A stretch of 20,000 bases of DNA from Stramenopiles sp. TOSAG23-6 (Eukaryota): contig LT635914.1 of the NCBI GenBank assembly GCA_900128565.1, positions 47,117 through 67,116 on the forward strand, given 5' to 3'. This document shows positions 10,101 to 17,355 of this stretch, piece by piece (the first letter of the stretch is position 1; every line of letters starts with the position of its first letter). The position numbers and the translations under genes were made by a program. The notes under the pieces are model-generated. The model did no database searches. It was not told where the DNA came from and worked only from the letters and a program-made list of their open reading frames with translations.

Positions 10101-13100
10101 TCTATTGATCGCTCTCTGAGAAAGAAAAAATGCTCTGTAATAGATTTTGTGAACATTGTAGTGAAACGCTTTAACGTATTATCAATACTAATTTCAGGGA
10201 AGCGTAGCATTTTTGGAATTGCTGATTTCACTGGCTTAGAATTTTCGTTTCCCTTTGAGGTTAAATACTTTTGAATGCCTTGGACAATTTCCCCTCTTCG
10301 AGATCGTAGACAATCTGGTAGAATCTTAGTNCTCGTCCCATTCTCANTTGTAATTACATTCTCAGTTAAAGGCTTCAGCTTTTCAGAATTTATAAAAGAT
10401 TCACAAATTAAATTCGGCTTGGCTAAGATATTTGGAAGTAAATANTGAAAATGATCAATAAGTTCATACACAGATGCACCATCTAATACNATATAGGCCT
10501 TGAGAAATCTCAAATTGCAAAAGACTGAACATATTTGGAGAAATCCCATTTTCGAGGGATCTTGCAGTTGGCAAAGATAAAATGGATACACCTGAAGGGC
10601 ATATGGATTTGGCTTACGGAAAGAATAATCACAATATGGATCCGAAACACTTCTGCACCATTGTACCAGAGCACTAACATAAATGTCACGATTAGCCGAA
10701 CCTGGACCTCCCAAGTATTTCGCTTCTATAATCTGTGATATTCTTTCATGNTGTATACACAACATGTTTGGATACGGACTCAGTTCTACAAGTTGTAGAA
10801 AACCTCGCATACTTGAAATTAGTGCATCAAGCAACCCTTTTTTAGTATATGATTGCTTCCGANTAGTTTCTACTATCTTCAAGATGTTAGGAATATCACA
10901 CGTAAAAATACCAAAAAGCGATAAGTGAATTAATGAGAATAAATTGCAAGTAACGTCATATCCGAATGTTTCTTCAAAATGTGTTATAACACAATTAATT
11001 ATTCCGTCCAAACTGTTCGGAAAAGATTTGCGTGAAACCCCTAAGTCTTCAGAAAAGAAAATATATGTTGCAATTTCCAGATATAGAGGTGTAATTGTGA
11101 TGTTTTGAAATTCTGTGTTGGACANCATATCAATCAATGAGATAAGTGTATTATCTATATTTCTATGNAATAAAGATTTGCTGGCAATATTCGATCTTCT
11201 GATNAAAGATTTTACCACTAGAGTACTAAATTTTATCAAGGTCTTGCCAGATGGTAGTAAATGTTTGATGTCAAATACNGCAGTTTCTGGTTTTCCTTTC
11301 GGTAATTTCCCCATAGGCATGGTGATCATAATCATAATATGGCCATTGTTTCGAAAGCGATAAGGTATCCAGTCAAATTCTTCAGACTTGTACGGAACAC
11401 TTAACTTATGAGCATCATCAATGCATATCAATAATTGAAGGTTATCTCTTTCAGCTTTAAGNGCAACTTTATCAAGCAAATTAAAAAAATACGGCCGGAG
11501 GCTGGAGTATTCTCCTGGGATTCTAGTATTGACACAAATTTCAAAACGTGNTTGAAGTTCAAAACACAAACGGAATAGCATACGTCTACAATCATAACTA
11601 TTAGGTGATGCACCAACAAAATGAGATAAAGAAATTACACTATTGCGCTCCTTTTCTTTACAAACTTTAGGACATACATGAGCTATCTTCGCACATAGTG
11701 TTGTCACGCCAATACCGGCAAGATTAAGGGGCCTTTCCCACACTAAAGGTTTTCCGTGTTCACCTGCTGTCCACAATTCATCCATTATTTCATCAACTAC
11801 TCGGTCATTAAAATCATCACTGAAATATGGTACATATTGAGATGTATATTGTGATACAAGGTGTTGGTGAAGAAAACTTTCTTGAATTAACAATTTATGC
11901 CCTGAAACTTCTAATTTTGATTGTGATGTTTTGACAGAGTCGTAGTTTCCAGGTAAACCATAAGTGCAAGGACTACAATCAAATCCAAACTCGTACTGTA
12001 AAGCCTCAAATATGTCATCAATTGCTATACTTGCCAATGTATTTAAACTAAGTCTGTCTATACTATTCACCTCATTGAGTGCCCCTTGTCTACATTCATA
12101 AGTATTTCTACAAGATTTAGAAAACTTTTCATCATATGATTTAATATCAATTTCCAAAAGATTTAAATTCNAATTCTCCTTACTGATTTTTGTATTATTT
12201 TTCAATATTCGGTTGTATATGAAACGATGACTTGGAAGTGCTGAACGATTCATTGCTTTTATTGTCATGTGAAAGAGAGATCTCACACCGTTAGCACCAC
12301 ACAATTTTGTATCCGGAATCCACCCATATTCTTCACCAATCAACGCAACATAGAATGGTTTACATGTTTTGATACCACGCTGCATATTTTCCAACAAATT
12401 AAGTGACGTTTCAACGTGAGATCCATCTTTTAGTTGAACANGTATACACAAGTTTTTTTCTTTCAGTCGGCGATTCAATAATGGGACTACTACATTGTGG
12501 AAAACCCAATGTTCTTCTTCAAATCCCTTTCCTACNGATGCCAAATAAATGTATACATTCCGTTGAAATCCATGTGCTCGAAGGGCAGCCTCTCCTTCAC
12601 CCCATATCATACAATGATGTGATGCACAGTCCTCTCTATGCATTAATATGAGTTCTCTTTGNTTTGCATTTTTTTGATTGATAGGTTTTTGTCTCGTCTT
12701 CCCTTGTGACATTTGCTTTGAAGAAATATTGGTGTAGTGAGACGACAATCGAATTTCGGTGCAATCATTGTGTATGTGGTGAGCATGAAGCGTTTGAATA
12801 GGTATAGGCATTTTGATGTTTAAATGTGGCAAATGTACATGCGAGTTAATTTTTATGGGGTATACTTCTTCAACATCTGGAAACCTAGAATTATTACTGC
12901 GACGTCTAGGTGACAATGAAGTAGATTTTTNTTTTTTATCTCCCNTAAAATATTTTTTNCGAGGTGAACATGATGTCGACGGACGCATCCCACGTTGGGC
13001 AGAAAAAGCTTTTCTATTGTTANCATAACNTCGAGTTTTTGATTCTAAGTCAAAAGGTATACCAAACGTTGCCAATAGTTTTCTTTGCCTCTGATAATTA

Positions 13101-13945
13101 ATATTCCCCGATTTCCCGCTTACTTTCTTCTCTTTTGATAACATTGCAGGGGCTGTAGAAGGACGTATTCTTTGCTTATACTGGTTGCCAGAGTTGCCGT
13201 ATTTCGTTTGAGTTCGCATTTCTGATGAACTAGGGTTTCCAGTTGTTCTCAGTCGTTGCAAAGATTTATTGTATCGTNTGAAATCTTCTTGTTTCTTTAC
13301 ATGGTATGGAATAGATTTTGAGTCTGATAGCTTCATGCTACTNTCCTTTGCTTTTCTTCCTCGTTGCATNTGCTTTGCCGTTATTTGTGTGGCTCCAGGA
13401 TTCACTGGATCTGGTCGCGGTATTATGTCGGCTGAAGCATTCATTGGTTCCGTATGCTCAAATGTTTTACTAGTATCGAACTCACTTATTTTCAGAACTG
13501 GNTGCCGATTTTTGCGGATTCGTCTCTTTAGCCAGCTAGCAGAGACATGTTCTGTTCTCTGTCTCTCCATGCGCTCGGCCATTGCAAGCAATTTATGCAT
13601 CTCTATATCTTTAGGGTTCATTAGAATACCTTTCTTGGCTGTGGTGATTGCGGCTGGGAACCTCTCCTGGGCAATCTGTTCTTTGCAAAGTTCTTTGCGA
13701 CTTTTCTTCTTTCTTATCTTCTTCTTCTTCTTCTTCTCTGGAACTTCTATACGGTTCTGCACATCGTTATCAATTTGAGGAACTATTTCATGTTTAGCTG
13801 TCTTTGCGTTTTCTACTTCTACAGCCGTAGACTTTTTGNTAGTATGACCAGAACCACGACCAAAGAATGAACCAACAACATCAAAACCCTCCATCTCTGG
13901 CAANTCTTTGGCAAACNCTCGAGGCTCTGAAGCGTTTCCCAACAT
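7172..13945 (-). CDS. Large TEP1/NWD-type STAND protein: basic low-complexity N-terminus, DUF4062-like domain, NACHT-like domain, multiple WD40 repeats, ~240-aa unknown C-terminal region
   Basis: Uninterrupted ~6.8-kb ORF (first ATG 13945; 13960 is GTG). DUF4062-like VYIYLA...PFYVALIGEEYGWIP; P-loop region AGIGVTT; HFVGASPNS; Walker B LLICIDDAH; PLYL; WD40 repeats LEGHTSGITSVSW, ISGHNDAVSGCDF, GSLDLSLHLWDI, LKGHIDSVLSIAF, AGHSAAISTLAFSP...SGGYDQRMMLW. Confidence 0.85.
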   Translation of the reverse strand: MLGNASEPRXFAKXLPEMEGFDVVGSFFGRGSGHTXKKSTAVEVENAKTAKHEIVPQIDNDVQNRIEVPEKKKKKKIRKKKSRKELCKEQIAQERFPAAITTAKKGILMNPKDIEMHKLLAMAERMERQRTEHVSASWLKRRIRKNRXPVLKISEFDTSKTFEHTEPMNASADIIPRPDPVNPGATQITAKXMQRGRKAKXSSMKLSDSKSIPYHVKKQEDFXRYNKSLQRLRTTGNPSSSEMRTQTKYGNSGNQYKQRIRPSTAPAMLSKEKKVSGKSGNINYQRQRKLLATFGIPFDLESKTRXYXNNRKAFSAQRGMRPSTSCSPXKKYFXGDKKXKSTSLSPRRRSNNSRFPDVEEVYPIKINSHVHLPHLNIKMPIPIQTLHAHHIHNDCTEIRLSSHYTNISSKQMSQGKTRQKPINQKNAXQRELILMHREDCASHHCMIWGEGEAALRAHGFQRNVYIYLAXVGKGFEEEHWVFHNVVVPLLNRRLKEKNLCIXVQLKDGSHVETSLNLLENMQRGIKTCKPFYVALIGEEYGWIPDTKLCGANGVRSLFHMTIKAMNRSALPSHRFIYNRILKNNTKISKENXNLNLLEIDIKSYDEKFSKSCRNTYECRQGALNEVNSIDRLSLNTLASIAIDDIFEALQYEFGFDCSPCTYGLPGNYDSVKTSQSKLEVSGHKLLIQESFLHQHLVSQYTSQYVPYFSDDFNDRVVDEIMDELWTAGEHGKPLVWERPLNLAGIGVTTLCAKIAHVCPKVCKEKERNSVISLSHFVGASPNSYDCRRMLFRLCFELQXRFEICVNTRIPGEYSSLRPYFFNLLDKVXLKAERDNLQLLICIDDAHKLSVPYKSEEFDWIPYRFRNNGHIMIMITMPMGKLPKGKPETXVFDIKHLLPSGKTLIKFSTLVVKSXIRRSNIASKSLXHRNIDNTLISLIDMXSNTEFQNITITPLYLEIATYIFFSEDLGVSRKSFPNSLDGIINCVITHFEETFGYDVTCNLFSLIHLSLFGIFTCDIPNILKIVETXRKQSYTKKGLLDALISSMRGFLQLVELSPYPNMLCIXHERISQIIEAKYLGGPGSANRDIYVSALVQWCRSVSDPYCDYSFRKPNPYALQVYPFYLCQLQDPSKMGFLQICSVFCNLRFLKAYXVLDGASVYELIDHFXYLLPNILAKPNLICESFINSEKLKPLTENVITXENGTXTKILPDCLRSRRGEIVQGIQKYLTSKGNENSKPVKSAIPKMLRFPEISIDNTLKRFTTMFTKSITEHFFFLRERSIELNSSPTKIFQQALXSQGISSIAADFCTSTLESNIDTFGACPILIQQKLLCKDTERKDAXHVYADMRMNVMCMSPNKAQALIGFENANLQIITIDETMTVDKSLEGHTSGITSVSWCRECIASGDRAGDILIWXSPEYELTSRIXGGHSSSXVSDISLTYNGLWIVSVSSDSAIRFWNCKKSXEQVTSWSAAYELSQFTAVDFSPFGDKCAVGNITGNIILFDTDXISGSKIVIEIKYTAHHLDRVTSLTWXQSNDVFCTTSLDGCAMLWSTTGNMFLGKNPNNGGCICVLREDKGHSRGLLSAAFXDEKEGELITCGLDNSILLWDIKKCKVIRSISGHNDAVSGCDFLHDGTITSCSHDTTVRLFLHTGMQLGSSSDKRLMLNGKTHKHSNXVMCCKVSHDSRYVACGSLDLSLHLWDIQLNQLACKLKGHIDSVLSIAFASPQKXGEIILFSGGDDVDSKIVAWKFSTAIQSKXKKQPHASLLASELSTMAAHNTGITCLVVNEDRLISGDKNSLIAIWGSGSKTNAWSNPXKLYNVNLKFGPISSFVLSTNSGEDGSYLVVMNDVGVVNTHCVDLENSSLSLRNATPNWNASNHPKLRGRLSAMCIAADGNLIAIGDDISNIAXWNTLSLARKPEISTLPGAFAGHSAAISTLAFSPNLMFLVSGGYDQRMMLWCPXTGYRYCEYKFYVCITAIFVSSDNKTLTCGDDTGNIYIMQIYEPLAGLGQINRIFTMNILYQRWGKVVDKFGSIISCSDSKSPKQNKKARKGRKRSIGWAVLEKKIRSRAKWKRENNSYLIANLSRSEDNEDNQEKRDSLDIIDLFQQKGMIYNRFIIDAQSRLKLTFWELRDFYITSIASKIHENHRKLFLKFDGTYTSNKVIVGGKSFDFSNLSFEDLPCTSQYRLLEVATAAVNVIMSHFLQCCSSEALRLEFSILPEHCVQVFDQLSDESIDTRLVNEALNLVFIEFQNNKK

Positions 13946-14150
13946 TGTNTAGATGCTCACTTACTGTTGTTGCATTTTCTCTAATACTATGTGCGAGTAA
14001 AATTTGGACGTATATCGATGAATTGAATCTAAGAAATTTTGATACTAGCTATTAGATACTAATTTCGAGGGTATCAAAAAAGAAAATAAACGTTAACGTT
14101 ACAACAACGTATGAAAATATTGGACAGGTTTGTACAATGAAACATGATTT

Positions 14151-17049
14151 TTATTTTTGTTCACTTTCATTAATTTCATTTTGAAATAATTCCATTTTCT
14201 GTTGCATTTGTATTTGATGCTGTTGACTCTGTTGTTCCAAATGTAGTTGTTGTTGTTGTATTTGCATATCTTGTTGTTGCTTCCGCATCTTTCTAAAATA
14301 ATCTTTCTTCATCGAAATCATTCGTTCTGAAATTTGCTCAATATCATGTTTTAATTCTTCAACTTGGTGCTTATACATGTCAAGTTCGTTATCCATTTTT
14401 TTCATTTGGTGTCGTTTTTCTTTTAGGTTTTCTTCATATATCGTTAGCTGCTCGGCAACTTCAGGCCCTGGCTGNCTCGCTAGAATATTCTTCAATTCAA
14501 CATATAATCTTTCTTTTTCTTGTATTAATAGGTCTCTTTCTATCACTTCCTGTGTTTTTGACAGTAGTTGCTTTTGCTTTCTTTGGATTTTTTGAATGAG
14601 CCCAAATCGTTTTGGGTCGGTACCNGCAAGTTTTCGCCATCTATGTATATTCATTGGACGTTCTAATTCTGTCGATAAAGCAGTGATTTTGGCCTTCTCC
14701 CTCAAAATCTCTTTTTCAAGACTATATTGCCTAGTTTTCATTGATGATAGATCAAGAACATTACTCTTGAGATAATCAAGACGTTCTTTTGCAATGACCA
14801 ATGCATCTTTCAATGCCTCGGCTCTTGCTTGAGTTTGAGAATATTGCCACTCACCTTTGGATAGTGTTGATCTTTGAATCTTAATTTTTTCATAAAGTTT
14901 AGCCAACTCTTCATTTCGGCGTATAAGTTGCGCACCAAGAATATCCCGTTCATTTACAACAGCTGTGAACTCCTTTGACGACCTTGCAGTTTCACCGTCA
15001 GCTTCCTGAATGATGGCTTTGAGTTTCCGAACTTCATCTTTTTGAGTGCTGAGAATTTGATCGGAGGATAGGATTTGCTTGCGTACTCGCGTAATATCAT
15101 TTCTAAGACGTTTAACATCTTTACAAACCTTGACATGAGCAAAATGTTCTTTTAGAAGATCTTGGTCTTTCGAAGTGATTTCTTCTTTTTGTTGTTCAAT
15201 TACTTGAACAAGAATCTTAAATTTACGTTTCATTTCGGCTATTTCTTCATGGGATTCAATAAGTTGCTTCGAGTATAAATTACGATCACTCCGGACCCCT
15301 TCATACAAATTTTGCTGCTTTTTAATACGACTTTCACCCNCTGCAATCTTTTTCTGTTCTTCAACTACTTGAAGCTCATGCAGGCGAACATCTTCAAGAG
15401 CAGCATAGTATTTTTGATTTACCAAATGGCATTCTTTCTCATATTTGTCTCTCTCAATTTCTAAAGCTTCGATCCTTTCGCGCTGTTTACGCGCCGAGAC
15501 CTTAAATAGTTGAATGTATTTTGGAAAAATATTTCAAAAAAAAATTAATTTTTGTTAGGTACAACATTTCGTACGAAAAAAAAATTTCGTACAAAAAAAA
15601 TAAAACATACATATCTCGCCCAACATTTTTTATGGTGTTTTCTGCAACTTTAACTAAATCATGNGTTCCTTTTGTTGCTATTTCTTCCTTTGTAAGTTTC
15701 TTATTCAAGAATGTACGATCTCGCTCATGATCTGCNGCCGCCTTTTTTAATGAATCCGCTAACTTTTTTTCAACTTCAATTGCTGCTTCNACACCTGACA
15801 TCTTTGCTCGGAGATCAGCATTTACTTTATCATAGCGAAGCATACGCTGATCAGCTTCTTCGTACCTTTTAACAGTTAACTTCTTCAGTTTCCGAACTCG
15901 GCGAATTTCTTTTTCGATTTCTCTAACTTCTTTTTGTCGTTGTCCGCATTCTTTTAACCGTCTAGCATTTCCTTGCTCAATGAGATCATTTGTGTGAATT
16001 CTCTCCTCAATATCTTCTTCAACTTTTTTGATTTGCTGAAATAAAGCATCATAGTCTTTGAGGTAAACACCAATTTGGAGTTCTGCTATTTTTTGTTTTG
16101 ACTCAAATTTATCATTTAAACTAGTAGATTCATCGATTTTAACTGTTTTGGTTTGGACTATTGCTTGCAAACGTTGGAGTTCAACTCGCTGAATTTTTAA
16201 CTGTTTATCAAAACGATCCTTTTTGTTTTGTGCACTAATAATCTGTGCTTCACATGTTTTTACTTCTCCTTCTAAAGCTTTTGCCGCAGAGGTCACTTCA
16301 GTAAGTTCGTGTTGTTTAATTTCTACATGTATTGGAAAAAATATGACACAAAAAAAAATCGTTAGGTACGGAATTTCGTATGAAAAAATATAAATTCGAA
16401 ATTGAAAAAANATAAAACATACATGTTCAGAAAGCCCCGACGTTTTGAATCGAACGTTTGTCAATGCTTGCGTCAATGCTTGCAACTCAAGTTGTTTCTG
16501 ATCACGTTCATCTTCTAAATTAGATAATTCAAGCTTTTGATTCTTTGTCAGGCCAGGACCAACTTCCATCTCGTCCTCTAAATCAGAAATATTTATAGAA
16601 AGTTTATTAATCTCCGCGCGAGCAATATCCTCTGAATCTTGACATTGTTTGATTTCAACTTGAAACTTTTTGATATCTCGCTTAACATTATTTGCTCTAA
16701 AATCGCTCTCTTCGGTTTGTTTTTTGAGCCCACCAAGTTTCAATATTTTGTCTTCTGTGTCCTTTATCAGTTCGCAAGTTTTTTTTACTTGTTCAACTTC
16801 AGATTTAAATTGTTTCCCAATTTTTTCAAATAACTTTTCAAATTCAGGCTTAAAATTACCCATACCACCTTGAGCTTGTAGCATCTTATANACTCCCCCA
16901 AATCCAGATATTGCTTCGTTGAAAGCATCTTCATCAGCAGAGACTATAGGTTTAGTGAGTAGTTCCTTAAGCTCTGCTTTTTTTCGTCGCTGGATCTCTT
17001 CTTTTCTATTCTTTTCCTCATCTTCACTAGAATCAACTGTGGCTGGCAT
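14151..17049 (-). CDS. CFAP58: Cilia- and flagella-associated protein 58 (CCDC147/FAP189 family); 3 exons join(16423..17049, 15611..16326, 14151..15513); 2706 nt spliced, 901 aa
   Basis: Long coiled coil with family motifs KKQQNLYEGVRSDRNLYSK, ERDILGAQLIRRNEELAKLYEKIKIQ, PMNIHRWRKL, QEKERLYVELKNILAxQPGPEVAEQL. Removing the 96-nt and 97-nt T-rich inserts fuses ORFs 15502..17049 and 14151..15425 in frame. Confidence 0.93.
14190..14285 (-). repeat. Gln-rich (CAA/CAG) low-complexity tract at the CFAP58 C-terminus
   Basis: KQQQDMQIQQQQLHLEQQSQQHQIQMQQK; (TGT)n/(TTG)n on the plus strand. Confidence 0.8.
15514..15610 (-). mobile_element. CFAP58 intron 2 (97 nt), non-canonical GT..AT (or AT..AC), introner-like
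   Basis: Minus strand: CGAGATAT|GTATGTTTTATTTT...TTTTCGTACGAAATGTTGTACCTAAC...TATTTTTCCAAAATACAT|TCAACTATTTAAG. No AG inside. Removal gives GRD-IQLFKVSARKQR in frame. Confidence 0.75.
16327..16422 (-). mobile_element. CFAP58 intron 1 (96 nt), non-canonical GT..AT (or AT..AC), introner-like
   Basis: Minus strand: CTGAACAT|GTATGTTTTATNTTTT...TTTTCATACGAAATTCCGTACCTAAC...TATTTTTTCCAATACAT|GTAGAAATT. No AG inside. Unspliced, it would put 32 F/I/Y-rich residues into a coiled coil. Clearly similar to 15514..15610. Confidence 0.75.
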
Positions 17050-17355
17050 GAAGAAAATATAATCAAAAATGCCTATTCGTCAATCAAGCCTTTATCGCAA
17101 TGTGTGTAATCAATACTAAAAAATTACTATTTTGTGATGACTATTCGTGTTGGATATTTACTTAAAGACTTTCATTGATACTAGTACAAGAGTGCAAATT
17201 TTTACTAACGAAAAAAACGTTACATTTTTTTTAGGTACCCGGTTCCACAACNAAAAANTTAGANAAANTTTAATTGTTTAGAACATTTTTATTAGTTACA
17301 AATCTCATCATGTAATCAATAGACTAATTGTGTTGTCAAAGAGAGAATCTTTGAA

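Noticed and set aside
13946-13975. Minus-strand ATGCAACAACA|GTAAGT as a micro-exon and donor for the WD40 gene
   Set aside because: The nearest possible acceptor (TAN, 16 nt away) is out of frame with the main ORF; at most a 4-codon upstream ORF.
15501-15606. Canonical GT-AG alternative for CFAP58 intron 2 (GTTTTA...TTTAAG, 106 nt, in frame)
   Set aside because: It needs a poor donor 4 nt from a consensus GTATGT and shortens the coiled coil by 3 residues, and the equivalent choice in intron 1 creates a TAA. Disfavoured but not excluded without RNA data.
15514-16422. Classical U12-type (minor spliceosome) AT-AC introns
   Set aside because: The AT..AC register is possible, but the U12 donor ATATCCT and the TTCCTTRAY branch site close to the acceptor are absent; GTATGT is a U2-type donor.
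14151-17049. Two separate coiled-coil genes, or a frameshifted pseudogene
   Set aside because: Removing the two related inserts gives one uninterrupted 901-aa CFAP58 with intact family motifs.
17203-17234. Plus-strand TACTAAC...TTTTTTTTAG resembling a canonical branch point and acceptor
   Set aside because: It lies between two minus-strand genes with no plus-strand ORF or convincing donor; more likely intergenic or regulatory sequence.
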